DNA from: Chiloscyllium plagiosum
Lineage: Eukaryota
DNA length: 64,000 nt
Assembly (NCBI RefSeq): GCF_004010195.1
Contig: NC_057719.1
Location: forward strand, 62,808,085-62,872,084
Reading direction: 5' to 3'
The notes under the pieces were generated by a model. That model was given only the letters and a program-made list of their open reading frames with translations, did not search any database and was not told the DNA's origin. The position numbers and the translations under genes were made by a program. Below are positions 26,760 to 40,099 of the stretch, piece by piece (within the stretch, counting starts at the first letter, position 1; the number at the start of each line of letters is the position of its first letter).

Positions 26760-27085
26760 ACTTAGTGGTGTCGTGGTATTATCACTGGATGAGTAATCAA
26801 GAACCCTTAGCTAATCATCAGGGGCAAGGGTTTGAGTCCCACTATGGCAGCTGGTAAAATTTGAATTTAATAAAAATCCAGAATGAAAAGTTTTAACAGC
26901 TAATTAAATTGCTGTTGGTTGTTGTAGGAAAGACCCACCTGGTTCACTAGTGAAATATGTTAGCCTAGTGTGGCCTACATGTGATTCCAGACTCTCAGCA
27001 ATGTGTTTGGCCTTTTAACTGTCTGTGGACCCTAAATGCTGGCCTTGTCAATGATGCTCACAACACATGAACAAATGAAAAACAA
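26760..27085 (+). mobile_element. tRNA-derived SINE family 2
   Basis: gtggtgtcgtggtatt (A-box-like), gggtttgagtccc (B-box-like), LINE-like tail. Confidence 0.72.
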
Positions 27086-28878
27086 AACTACACCACCCAC
27101 TATGATGATGACATGAGCTCTTGGTGGGTATATAAAGTTGTGGGAGACCATTCCCAAAGCGAGGTTCTACCAACACTCTTCGTAGTAATGTAAAATCTGC
27201 TCTGTGATTGCAGGGATGCAATAAGGTACATCTCATTTACTCTACAATACTCTTCTCATTAGCCTAGAAAGTTGCTTCTCACCCATGAGGCCATGTCAGG
27301 TCCTCAAGAACCCACACAAATCGACGTTACACTTGGCAGTACAAGCAACACATAGCAGGGCTAATGATCCTTGCAAGAAACAGTAAGAGGTTTTCCAGGA
27401 ATCAATACATTGAAATTGGAGATTTAATTGATCAGATGAATAACTGTGGAAATTTCATAGCAAACGGCAAAAGGAAGGATAGTGAAGAGTTTTGAAGTGT
27501 GGTTGTACTTGACTTGGAACAAGCTTAAGTGAGTGAGGTCAATAGTAGGTGGCAGTAGGGAATGTGGTCATTGAGGAAAGCACAGAAGGAATGAAACCTT
27601 CTGAGATGGCATTGTCATGTCAGTGGGGAATATGGGGGCAAGGTTACCTGGAGGGAGAGGAGTGGTGACAGGATGGCAGATGAGCATTGAAACAAAAGTA
27701 AGGTGAACAAGTTGAGTTGCAATAGAAATTGAGATATCCAGAAGTCAATACACAGGCTGAGAAAGGAAGAGAAATGTGAAATGCATTTGGGCTGTTGGGA
27801 GGAGAGAATGGAGAGGTGGAGAATGGAGAGAATAAGTGTTTTAAAGAGATTCAAGAGAAATAAGATAGGGAAGAGGAGGAAAAGGAAATTGCCTGAGAGA
27901 CAATGTAATCTCTTTGAAAGGGTCACACCACCAGATGATTTAGGAAGATCAAGAAAAATGAGGAACTGATGTAAAATAAACTAGGATCCAGATATAATAT
28001 GAGCTGTGGGATACAGAGCTCCCTTCATCACTGTGATACCAAGTGGTCACTGTGGACAGAAGGACATTTATACTGGAAGCCCAGAAAGTTGACGGCACAA
28101 TTTCCAGCCTTGCAAATAAATAAAATTATGTTGGAGCTTAAATTGCCTTTTTAATTATCATATCCTGCTGGAGCCTGAAATTTTGCTTTAATTATTGCGG
28201 CCTACTGTGATAACCTTTGTTAATAATCACTTCAATGAGCACAAATGCTCCATCAGTCAGTACAATTGATGGAGCAATTAGGAGCAGCAGCAGGAACCAT
28301 AGGTAAAGCAGCTTCCCTCTGCTTTTAGGTTTTAAGGGATGGCACCAATCAACGTGCTTGACTAGGTCTAGTAGATTTCTGTTACAACGAATGGCAGATT
28401 CAATGTCTTCCTTCAAGTCGCTATCAGTAATCATTCCTCTGAGGCTGCTCACCCAGCAATTGGCCAAGAAGCAGTCATCCCATGTCTTAAAGCAGATGGC
28501 ATTTGAATGCTTTAATTGGCCAGTTGCTGAATCAGTTTGGTTAGTCAAACAACGATGGCTCTTGCTTGCACGAGCCACAAGATGACCATCTCAAACTCTG
28601 TATGCAAATACTGAACTTGGCAATCAAAATTTTTAGTAGTTGCCGATCTCACTTGAATTTTCTGGAAACTCATACTTTTGCATATCATTACATGAAATAA
28701 CAAATTTCTTGTTGCGGATTTCTGAAAAAACGCTAAACCCTTTTGCCATCCCTCATTCTTGTTAGTAATAATTTCTCAGAGGCTTTTCCAGCTTAATTGT
28801 AAGGTAAGGCACCATCGCGGATCTAATTGTACTGCAGGATGAACTTCCTGAAAATGGAATTCTCAAGCAGGTTCCCAG

Positions 28879-30806
28879 ATCTAAAAGTTGAAGTCCTAAA
28901 TTGGAGGAAGGCCAATTTTGACGGTATTATGCAAGAACTTTTGGGGGCAGACATTCACAGGTTAAGGGGCGGCTGGAAAATGGGAAGCCTTCAGAAAAGA
29001 CATAACAAGAGTCCAATGAAAGTATATTCCTGTTAGGGTGAAAGGAAAGGCTGGTAGTTGGAGGGAATGCTGGATGACTAAAGAAATTGATAGTTTGGTT
29101 AAGAAAAAGAAGGAAGCATATGTCAAGTAGATATGCACGATAGATCGAGTGAATCCTTCGAAGAGTATAAAGGCAGTACAAGAATTCTTAAGAGGAAAAT
29201 CAGGAGGGCAAAAAGGGGACATAAGATAGCTTTGACAAATAGAATTAAGGAAAATCCAAAGAGTTTTTACAAATACATTAGGGGCAAAAGAGTAACTAGG
29301 GAAAGAATAGGGCCCCTCAAAGATCAGCAAGGTGACCTTTGGGTGGAGCCGCAGGAGTTGGGGAGATACTAAACGAGTATTTTGCATCAGTGTTTACTGT
29401 GGAAAAGGACATGGAACATATAGAATGTAGGGAAATAGATGGTGACGTCTTGAAAAATGTCCATATTACAGAGGAGAACGTGCTGGATGTCTTGAAATGC
29501 AAAAAAGTGGATAAATCCCCAGCATCTGATCAGGTGTCTCCTAGTGCTCTGTGGGAAGCTAGAGAAGTGATTGCTGGGCCTCTTAGAGATATTTGTATCA
29601 TTGATAGACACAGGTGAAGTGCCGGAAGACTGGAGGTTGGCTAACATGGTGCCACTGTTTAAGAAAGGTGGTAAGGACAAGCCAGGGAACTATAGACCGG
29701 TGAGCCTGATGTCGGTGGTGGGCAAGTTGGAGGGAATCCTGAGGGACAGGATGTACATTTATGTGGAAAGACAAGGACTGATTAGGGATAGTCAACATGA
29801 CTTTGTGCGTGGGAAATCATGTCTCACAAACTTGATTGAGTTTTTTGAAGAAGTAACAGTGACTTGGATGCGACCATAAGAGGTACAGTTAGTAAGTTTG
29901 CAGATGGAGGTGTAGTGGACAGCGAAGAAGGTTACCTCAGATTACAACGGGATCTTGATTAGCTGGGCCAATGGGCTGAGAAGTGGCAGAAGGAGTTTAA
30001 TTCAGATAAATGTGAAGTGCTGCATGTCGGGAAAGTGAATCTTAGCAGGACTTGTATACTTAATGGTAAGGTCCTCGGGAGTATTGCGCAACGAAGAGAC
30101 CTTGGATGCAGGTTCATAGCTCCTTGATAGTGGAATTGCAAGTAGATAGGATAGTGAAGAAGGTGTTTGGTATGCTTTCCTTTATTGGTCAGAGCATTGA
30201 GTACAGAAGTTGGGAGGTCATGCTGCAGCTGTACAGGACATTGGTTAGGCCACTGTTGGAACATTGCGTGCAATTCTGGTCTCCTTCCTATTGGAAAGAT
30301 GTTGTGAAACTTGAAAGGGTTCAGAAAAGATTTACAAGAATGTTGCTAGGGTTAGAGGATTTGAGCTAAAGGGAGAGGTTGGATAAGCTAGAGCTGTTTT
30401 CCCTGGAGCATCAGAGGCTGAGGGGTGACCTTATAGAGGTTTATAAAATAATGAGGGACATGGTTAGGATGAATAGATAAAGTCTTTTCCCTGGGGTGGG
30501 GGAATCCAGAACTAGAGGGCATAGGTTTAGGGTAAGAGGGGATAGATATGAAAGAAAACTAAGGGGCAACGTTTCACGCAAAGGGTGGTACGTGAATGGA
30601 ATGAGCCACCAGAGGAAGTGGTGGAGGCTAATACAATTGCAACATTTCAAAGGCATCTGGATGGGTGTATGCATAGTAAGGGTTTGGAGGGATATGAGCT
30701 GGGTGCTGGCAGGTGAAACGAGATTGGGTTGGGATATCTGGTCAGCATGGACAAGTTAGACCGACGCATCTGTTTCCGTGCTATACATCTCTATGGCTAT
30801 GACTCT
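28879..30806 (+). mobile_element. CR1 (HER1-like) LINE, 5'-truncated ORF2 with frameshifts and an internal RT deletion
   Basis: PEDWRLANMVPLFKKGGKDKPGNYRPVSL, SCLTNLIEFFEEVT, LYRTLVRPLLEHCVQFWSP. The sequence jumps from EEVT to just before SKFAD at ~29861, losing the central RT motifs. ctatg-type tail. Confidence 0.93.
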
Positions 30807-31114
30807 AGGTTCAGTTCCTGCAACTTGCTGCGGCGAATTGCCTGTCCTGCTCGGCTTATTGCCAGTGCAATTATTTGACACTGGGCAAACCTTCACGCTG
30901 CAAGTCACAAACATTACCTTCCTCTATCCTTGGCTCGAGGAGTTGATACTCTCTGTGGGGCAGTCTCTATCCAGTAGGGTGCTGAGATAAGAGAAAGCTC
31001 ATTCTTGACTTCCTGATCTCTTCACACCCAGTGGGCAGATGCTGGAAAACAATCTTTGGTGCCATGGCCTGTTCCTGGATTTTAGAGGGTTGATAGGGCA
31101 AAGTAAGATACCAT

Positions 31115-31226
31115 ATGCCCGAAACGTCGATTCTCCTGTTCCCTGGATGCTGCCTGACCTGCTGCGCTTTTCCAGCAACACATTTTCAGCTCTGATCTCC
31201 AGCATCTGCAGTGCTCACTTTCTCCT
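31115..31226 (+). mobile_element. Mini Penelope 3' terminal remnant
   Basis: TSD CAAAGTAAGATACCAT at 31099-31114 and 31227-31242; begins atgcccGAAACGTC (3' half of a hammerhead). Confidence 0.82.
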
Positions 31227-31904
31227 CAAAGTAAGATACCATCCAATCAAGCAAAATCATTTATTTCTCCAGGACCTAGGATAATTTCAAGCATTTTCAT
31301 ACAATAGAAATAGAGACTGCCGCACAGAAAGTATCACTTCTTGAGCCAAGGATAGAGGGAGGCAATGTTTGTGACTTGCAGCGTGAATGTCAGTTGGCTA
31401 TGTTGGAAAATCTCTCCTTTTGTGTTTTTGCCTAATTAAAAATAAGACATCAGCAATAGCTTTTCATAACTGATCCGATAACAATGTCTCACCACTGTCA
31501 TGTCACTGTGTTCTCTCTGCACTGGCCTGGAGTGAGTTAAGGTGTCTTGCGAATTAGGTTACCTCTTGAGAATGCACAGGATCATGCAATTTAACAGCTC
31601 AGGAAGCCATTCAGCACCATCTACCAAATCTGAAAGAGCAGATCATTTAGAAATCAGAGGATTTGAGGCAGATTTGAAATCATAAATTGCCACTCTCACT
31701 CTTAGGTAATGAGTCACTTCTTGAAGTGTAGTCTGTGTTGTATTATTTTTATTAATGGTACAATCGTGATGTTTTCCAACTTGCCTCCCTTTGATATATT
31801 TATTAATTTCCCATCTAATATATCTCTATTTTCTAAAATGAAATATTGAAATAAAAGTTGAACTGATCTATCAATTAATGTGGCTGCAGAATAGCGGATT
31901 ATGT

Positions 31905-32230
31905 GGACTGGTGAAGTAGTGATCCAGAGCTCTGAACTAAAACTGCAAGGACTGCAAGTTGAAATTGCACCTTTATAGTCTAAGAATTTTAATTCCGTTT
32001 TCAAGAGAGAATGGAATGAAAGAGTTGACAACAATGAAAGTGACTGATTCCCTTATGATCTTTAGGGAAGTCGCCCTTCCAATCTGCCCTGTGCGTTTGT
32101 AAAATCAGGTTATTCTGAACTAGCCTTAGAAGTACTCTAATACACCACTCAACTGTGTCACCATGGTCACCTGGCAACTACAGATGAACAATATTTGTCA
32201 GCCACATAGGGGTTCAGGTTCATAATTTTT
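31905..32230 (+). mobile_element. SINE family 2, degraded
   Basis: Patchy similarity to 26760-27085. Confidence 0.45.
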
Positions 32231-32239
32231 TTGCAATTT

Positions 32240-32765
32240 GTGAAACAGGTAGACAAGGTGGTTAGGAAAGCATTAAGCACGCTTACTATCATTGCTCAAC
32301 CCTTTTCAGTATAGGAGTGGGGCTGTCATGTTGCGGTTGTACAGAATGTTGGTGAGACCTCTTCTATGTGCAGTTCTGGCGGCCCTGTTACAGGAAGGAT
32401 ATTATTAAACTGGAAAGGATACAGAAAAGATTTACCAGGATGTTGCTGGGAATGGAGGGTTTGAGAGATAAGAATAGACTGGAAAGACTGGGACATTTTT
32501 CACTGGAGCGTAGGAGGTTGAGGTGTACTAAGGTGAGTAACAAGGGTCTTTTCCCTGCGGTGGGGGAGTTCAAAACTAATGGACATATTTTTAAGGTGAG
32601 AGGAGAAAGATTTGAAAAGTCCATGAGGGGCAAATGTTTTGCACAGAGAGTGGTTTGTGTAGGTGTGGAGTGAACTTCCAGAGGAAGCGGTGGGTGTGGG
32701 TACACTTACAACATTTGGTTAGGTACATGAATAGGAAAGATTTGGTGGGATCCCAGCAGACCTGT
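32240..32765 (+). mobile_element. CR1 3' fragment
   Basis: QFWRPCYRKDIIKLERIQKRFTRML..FSLERRRLR. Confidence 0.85.
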
Positions 32766-34424
32766 GGGAAGAAAGCAAATTTAACATTTTGAATCCATCA
32801 ACACCTCTTCAGAACTGGCTGTCTGTGGGACGGGGAAAGGATTCTTGCCCAAAGAAATGGGCACGTAGGCCATGAAAGAAGAATTCAACATCACGTTTAG
32901 CCTGAGAGTCATTGAGGTGGGGACATTGAGGGATACAGTTAAGACTGCAGAACGATCAGCATCAGACAGCAGAAGATCAGAAGGGATAGTAAATATGGAT
33001 TTCCATGGCACCGGGTGTGAATCACAGGATGCGGCGAGAGCAGATGTCTGAGGAGCAGTATACATCACCAAGATACCCGTGGTCCCGGACGGATTCGAAA
33101 CACAGAGAGTGAAACTTTAATTGGAATCCGCATGAAGTGAGTTTGAGCGAGAGGCAGTCTCTGAGCAATGAGACATGGCACTGGGAGCAAGTGCCAGCAA
33201 AGAACTTCTATAACACAGTGCCTCACAGTGCCAGGGACCCGGGTTTAAGTCCACTCTTGGGGAAAAAATGTATCCATCAGGGATGGGCATTGCGCTTCCT
33301 TTTTCTCTTTCACTTGATAAAAACGCCAATTTAAATGGCTAGCCAGTTTCCTGTCAGAAGGAGCAGGTATTTGAAAAGAGGTTGAAAACGCAGTGCCCAT
33401 CAGTTGGGCAGCCCCAGAAACCCTTTCCCAGGAGGCGCATTACATTGATTGTCTGTTTTGAATAGTGAGTCACAAGTACCATTTACTAAGGTTGACTTGC
33501 ATGCATTAGCTAATGGCAAAATATAATATGACTTTTTAAAAAAGCAGTTGTTTGTTTCATCAAATTGTTTCAAATGGTCTTAAAAATACCAGAGTGTGCA
33601 GTATGTGTTTTCCTTCAGTACTTGAACAACAGTGCTATATTTCCACAGCCAAGCTAGGGCTACAGAGATTAATGTATAAATTTAGCTCATTCACTTCTCC
33701 TTTTATTCCATTTTGAAATCAGGCTGATAAGCCTCATGTCGGGATGAGCAGATCCTGATACACACAGTGAAAAAAAGATCTGGTTTCCAACTCCATATAT
33801 TAACATGTCGAACATGTTTCTGAGACCTTAATCTGTACCAAGTGTGAATATAAGATAATACTTTCAACATTCTTGTGTAATACTGTATGAATAACTGTTT
33901 GAAACAGAATGGGAGAAATGGGTAGCTCATTGACATGATGTTCTTCCTTTATCAAAGAAAATACCTTTTATTTCCAGCTATAATTTCCTGACAACACTAA
34001 GTGGGACTATAGTAACTACATACAGTACAGCTGTGCTAATGTATTGGTGACTTATTTCTCGTGATCAGTGTGTCAGTATATCTTTACAAGAAACATTGTC
34101 AATTTCATCACTATCTTAGGATATGACCCAAGAGTATTAAGTATACGTTTCTTTTATTTCCCCCCTGTTAATGCTCCTTTAAGAATTGTAGATTTGTAGT
34201 GGTAGGTTTTTACCTGGACGTGGCATTTTTACCAATTAAGGAGTGGTGCGGTCATGGGGGCTTTATTTTGTTTCCACACCAATTTGGAGAAGCAAAACAG
34301 CAGAACCTACTGAGGCCTGAACAGAGGTATGCCTTCTTAATGTAGAAAGGCACATTATTGGTGTTTTTCAGCTGTATTTTCATTGGAGGAGGTTTGGACC
34401 ATTTTGTTTTAAATGGGGTCAAAA

Positions 34425-34587
34425 GGCCATGCTGAATTGTCCACAGTGCCCAGGGTTGTATAGGTTAGATGTATTAGTCAGGGGAAATGTAGGGTAATGG
34501 GTCTGTGTGGGATACTCTTCAGAGTGGCAATGAGGACTTATTGGGCCAAAGGGCCTGTTTCTACACTGTAGGAATTCTAATTCTAAA
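34425..34587 (+). mobile_element. HE1-like SINE 3' half
   Basis: ggccatgctgaattg..gggccaaagggcctgtttctacactgtagg plus (AATTCT)n tail. Confidence 0.78.
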
Positions 34588-35012
34588 ATTGGATTCTAAT
34601 CAAAATAAACTTAAATTTCAACATGTCACCAAGAAACAAATGCCACTTTGCCCAGGGAGCTACAGTTATTGGTCTTTAAAACAAAACTTGAGGTGATTTA
34701 TTTTTCTATAATCCTTTCATGCAATTTCCAAACGTTCTTAAAACATAATTTTTATTTTGTTGGCTTGGGTTTCTATCCCCTCTCTCACTGAATGAAGGTC
34801 AGTGGCCCTTTTGACAACAGGTTGAGTGCAACTCACACAGAAAAATAATAACACACTCAAACCAGTCCCAGGCCCTTTGAAGTTCCAGCTCAGCATTCAA
34901 CGGTCGAGGGCATGGATGGCAACTTCTCACTCCCACCAGTTCAGTACAGATGAGCTGTCATGATTGAACAAAATGGATGTGAAATTCAGATTTCTGCTCA
35001 TTTTATTTTTAG

Positions 35013-35259
35013 GTGAGGCCAATGATAAAAATGTACAAGTGGTGGAACTGCCAATCGTCGACAGCCTGCACCCGCGACCACCATATCTGCCCTTGGCTAT
35101 TCCTGAAGACCTGGCAGGTCGACTAACTCACCTACATGGAGATCCGTCGGTCTGGTGGGTTTCACAGTTTGTTAAATATTTGATACGTCCGCAAGCTTGG
35201 TTGGAGAAGGAAATTGAAGAGGCAACAAGAAAGCTTGGCTTCAGGCATCCAATTATTGG
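35013..35259 (+). CDS. FUT8: FUT8 internal coding exon (247 bp): (G)[81 protein letters not shown](G)
   Basis: The translation closely matches vertebrate FUT8 as I recall it ([42 protein letters not shown]). Acceptor ttttatttttag ends at 35012; donor gtaggt starts at 35260; the exon ends in phase 2. Confidence 0.97.
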
Positions 35260-36392
35260 GTAGGTAGAGTTCTGTTTCCATCAGCACAAGGTGCAATACT
35301 GGCAACTGTTATGCTGGCACACTCTTAAAACTGCAAAATTATGCAAGTATTATGAATGAAATTCTAAATCACATCTGGATGTGGTTACATGAAGTAAGAG
35401 TCTCCTGGACTTTTCTTTTCCCCTTATCCAATGACAGCCCGCTAATCAAAAGACACTAAGTGGAGAATCTGTGATTCTGTCTTAATGAAGGCAAGACAAT
35501 AAAACTTTGACATCATGTCTCTTTTACTTTCGCATTACTCAAATCCCCTTACAGAATAACCAGAAGTTGAATTATATCAGTTTTTTTGATAAAATTGCAT
35601 TGCAAAAGGTGTCTATTCCCAAAGGACAGCTTTCCTCTTCCAAGATCCTCACAAAAGTCCAGTGCTCTGACCCTGCATCTTGATCATTTTATCAGAGTCA
35701 ACACCTCTGATTATTTACATGTGTTGAAATACCTTGGAATACTTTTCTGCAGTAAAGTCACCTTATGAAACTTGAGTTGTTGCTGGCTGGTTATATTCAG
35801 CTCAGTAATATTTAAAAAAACATCTTTACCTTTGCTTTTATGAGAAGTGAAACAAAGCCAAACGTTTATTTTTACTTTGTACGATTGAAATGCAATGCGT
35901 ACATAAGGTATTTTAAGTAGCTATTAAGATTTCAGATTTCTATCAGCTTCACTGGGCAGCCCACATCCATTCTAAATTCAGTACACACTGAAAACTTTGG
36001 TAATTATAAATAAAACAATCTGGCAGCAACACAATGTGCCCTGTTCTGCTTCACTGAACAACAGCCAATATTACCTTGCAAACATTTCTGTGTTTGCATT
36101 TGATGTTTTTTTAAAATAAATCTCGAGAAAGGTTGAAAAATTACCTGCTTCATTGTTATTTCAAATCTGCCAGAATTCAGACTTTGAGTTATAGTATCAA
36201 TAGCTTCCCAGCTGCAGAATCCAAATTAATTCTGACCGTTGGTTCAAAGGCTGCTTGTTCAAAATAAAATCTGCAAATACACAGTGATCGGTGCAAACAA
36301 ACATTTGTGTTGTGCTGGAAGTAAAAAGTGCTACATGGATACTGGTTGCTTGAAGGATATAATTTGACTCTGCTCATCCACAGGTTGTGTTG

Positions 36393-36456
36393 AATTTGAA
36401 ACATTTTAAATTTAGGGTGCAGAATTCTGCACCCTAAATTTAAAATGTTTCAAATT
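36393..36456. repeat. Perfect 64-bp palindrome with no spacer
   Basis: AATTTGAAACATTTTAAATTTAGGGTGCAGAA immediately followed by its exact reverse complement. Confidence 0.97.
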
Positions 36457-39400
36457 TCAAATGTTTCAGGATTATTCTGCAAGGAATTCTGTGCAGAATG
36501 AAATTCTGTTTCAAACATAACCATTTATGTTGTTTGCCAACTTAGCCTGTTTATCTTGTCAATGCTGAGCCGCGTACATCAGCAAGTTAGCCAATCTGAC
36601 CACATGCTAATCTCACTTTGGTTTTAAAGATTGCTGCTACAGTGCGCCTCACTGTCTCTTGGATTATGGATGTAAAGATGGAACACTTCCCAGTCCTGAC
36701 CACCGACTAGTGACCCTTGTTGAAGTTGTGCCTGTGTGTGAGTGTGAATAGGTCTGTGTGCACGTGAAAAAGAGAGAGAGACTGCCACGTGAGATTCAAA
36801 GTATGATCATGTTTGGCTTCTGAGGCTATGATGTTCCCTATGGTGAATTGCCTGCCAGTGTTCACTGTCAGAACCACACATATATCAGAGATACGTGAGG
36901 GAAGGACCACATGCTGCCCGTTGCCATGGAACCACTTCACAGAGAAAGAGTATAGGGTTTGGAGAGAACAGCACAAGGGGAAAACAACAGTTTCTGTTTA
37001 AATGTTGGTCAGTGTCCACATTTCTCGAGTTAAAGTCGAGTTATATTGATTTTCAAAACTAACTACAATGCCAATACATATGTTTCCCTTTGGTGTTTTG
37101 ATCACTGTGCCAGCCTGATTCTCTCTGGCTGACAGAGTCTTTTCACCTCATTATATAATTTATGGGGATCAGACATGCCATCATTCATAAATATGACTTG
37201 AAGATATCGTTTGATTGGCATTAACATCTTCATCTGTCATTTCAAATCTGTACACTTGAGTATTTATCAAATATTTTATTTGTCCTCAAATGTTCTGAAT
37301 GATGGAACAGTTTACTGTTAACACTGGTCACTTGACATTTTCATCAAAAGGCTTTAGCTTTTCTCACTTCTTAGCCTGAACCAATTTGATGTTTCAGGTT
37401 TTGAATAGAAGTTTGTGGGGAGATGAACTGATCTAGATTATAGAATAATCCAGCACAGTAGGAAGCCACATAGTCAATCATGCCTGTGCCAGTTCATTGA
37501 AAGAGCTATCTAATTAGGAACACATCACTCTTCTTTTGCCAGAACAGAGTCTTTTTCCCTTTCAATAAAACCCTTGAATTGAAGCAAAGATATACATCAA
37601 TAAATGTGCTGCATTGGAAAACCAATGAGAAACAGGGTTGAGTTCTTTTGGGTAGCTCCTTGTGAGAAGGATGTGTCATCTGGGTCCTTCAGAGAGTGCT
37701 GCAATAGATACAGGAGCTCACTGTAGATTTGCTCAAGTTGCATTCAGACAGGGGTGGCAGGAGGTCAATGCAAAGGTTGCAGTGATGGGTTGTGGTAAGA
37801 ATTAAGGGGTTGTTAAGGAATGGCTGGCTGACAAGAAAGGGAGGGGGAAGGGGAAAGGCTCAAGAGAGACCAGAAGAGGAGATAAAATGGATTAACATAT
37901 TGAGGGGTTTGGGTCTGGAATTACAACCACATTTGAATAAACTTTATTGTCGCATGCACAGTTTAAAGTTGGCAGTCACCACATTATAGCACCATCTCAG
38001 GTAACCAAGGTTCACATACTTAAGATAAAATTCTTAGGGAACAAAAAGAAATTGGAAAAGTAAAGTGATAAACAATCCATCATTATAGATCATTGGAATA
38101 AATTAGAAAAATGAAGTTCAGGATATCAGTCATTCTGATCCATGCCAACACTTAGCCTCAAGAGAGACATCCACCACTTTGCTGCCACCTGTGCTGGACC
38201 CACCAACGTAGGGGTTGCCCGATTTCAGGTGCTATCTCTTTGACACTGGACCCACTTTGCTGAGCCCACACTCACCCCACAACCAAGAGTCCCTCGCTCC
38301 GCTGACAAGCCAGGCCGCCGCTGGGTCATGAGTCCCTCTGCGCTGGAGATGTCATCTTGCCCAAGCTGCCATCTTGAAGAGTACACTGTCACCAGCCCCT
38401 GGCTCTGAACATGGTGAGACAAATAGAGATGAAACTATGCCGGGGAATAGGTGAAACTTATTGCTGTTATAAAAGAGATTTTCTTTTGAAATCGTGCTAA
38501 ATTTAAGTCTGATAACCCATAATGAGAAGTGGTCGATTTATCACCACTGCAAAACCAACTGGGAGCATCCCAAGCAAAGGTTCTGTTTGTCATTGTTTGT
38601 AAACAATGCTTTTTAAGGGCTGTTGAGGTGGTCCAGGGGTATCAACAAGCCAATGAATGGTTGAGAGTTGTCCATGAACCAATAAAGGTTGAGCCTGGTC
38701 CAGCAGAACTGGGCAATGATGTCACATGTTAGAAACTGTCTCTCAGTGAATCTGATGAGGCCAGCAGAAGAGGGAGATTAATGATTGTGAAATGAAGAGC
38801 AGAGAGCCAGGTGAGCGGAAAGGGTCAGTTCATCAAATCTATGCCAATGAAAGATTGGGTTCAGAGGAAACAGGGTGTCAAGGATCAAGCGCAATAAAGG
38901 TCAGCAAAGGAAATCTTAGGAGCTGATTGAACTGAGTCCTGCAAAGGGTGATAGAGAAGTTTTAAGGAGGAGTGGCACATAAGATAATTAGAAGCGGTCG
39001 GAAAAAACAACACAGAGATCATTCAGTAACATTCAGAGCTGTTCAGGGTCAAACAGAAATGGCTCACAATATTGGATGGGATTCACGTAGGGCTAAAGTC
39101 TGCAGCATTGGCCTTATTCACTTCCTTTGGAAATAAAATAATTTAGAAGAATTATTGGCAGTATAAAATGTAAATTGTTTATTGGATGTAGCTCTATCCA
39201 AGAATTAAATGTCTCTCTTGCAAAGTAGATTCTCATTTTGAATATCTAGGCATTTCACTAGCATAAACCGCTTAAATCTTCCTTTGCCCTAAGCATCAGG
39301 GTCCCACTCTTCTTTCAAATTCAAATATTTCCTTTTCTATGTTTGATGCGGTATCTAAATTATTTGAGATGTCTCTTTCATTCATAACATGTGATGCTAC

Positions 39401-39458
39401 TGCTGCTCCTTTAACAAGGTGATGTTGTCCTTGGTTTCTTTTTACCAAACACAGGTTC

Positions 39459-40020
39459 CGTTATGTCTGGCTTGTTCGACTTGAACAAGCTTTCAAATTT
39501 TAAAAAAAAGCACTTGTACAATGAAAGTGGCCAGTCCTCCCAGCTCAAAATGTTTTTGGTTTGGTTTGTTTTTAGCTGTCTGGCTGTTCAGAAAAAGCAG
39601 TCAGTCAGTTTGAAGCTGCTGGTCAAAGAAACATCTACATGGAAGAAGGTGTTCCATGCTGAATCTCTCTGCCATCACTCTCTCTGTCTGACATATCCCC
39701 TGTAAAACCCTGTATTGGAGTTTTCCTTTTTGTGCAAAGGGGTGTTTGTGGGGATTATTGCAGGAATTTGGAACAGCATCCTTCAGTTGGGATATTCTGT
39801 TGTGTTTTAGGATAGGTTAATGTTATTCTATGTTCTCTTTTGTTTGTGTTTCAATCGGTAATCTTGCAAATAAATTATTTTTTGCTTAAAACCAAGTGGT
39901 TGGACCAGCTGCATCCCTCCTGGAATATACACTTTACACCTGCTTAAAACAACTAGCAAAGTTAGGATCCTCACTACCTTCTTGAAATGTTTTGAGGGGG
40001 TTCTGGCCTGGTCCATAACA
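39459..40020 (+). mobile_element. Probable solo LTR (Gypsy-type)
   Basis: (C)GTTATG..CATAACA inverted termini, internal AATAAA near 39869, about 560 bp; TSD not convincing. Confidence 0.5.
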
Positions 40021-40099
40021 CTTGTAAGAAAACACACATTATAGTTTTGCTGAAAGTTTCCTTAGCTTCCCAAGATATCTACATACCTTCCCTCTGATA

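Noticed and set aside
34964..35012. N-terminal extension [16 protein letters not shown] resembling a signal peptide on the FUT8 exon
   Set aside because: It is the intronic polypyrimidine tract read in frame from a non-ATG start; FUT8 similarity begins at the AG acceptor. The same applies to 45448-45479.
38732..38775. GAAAC..GTC..CTGATGAG as an additional hammerhead
   Set aside because: No credible stem I or stem II pairing.
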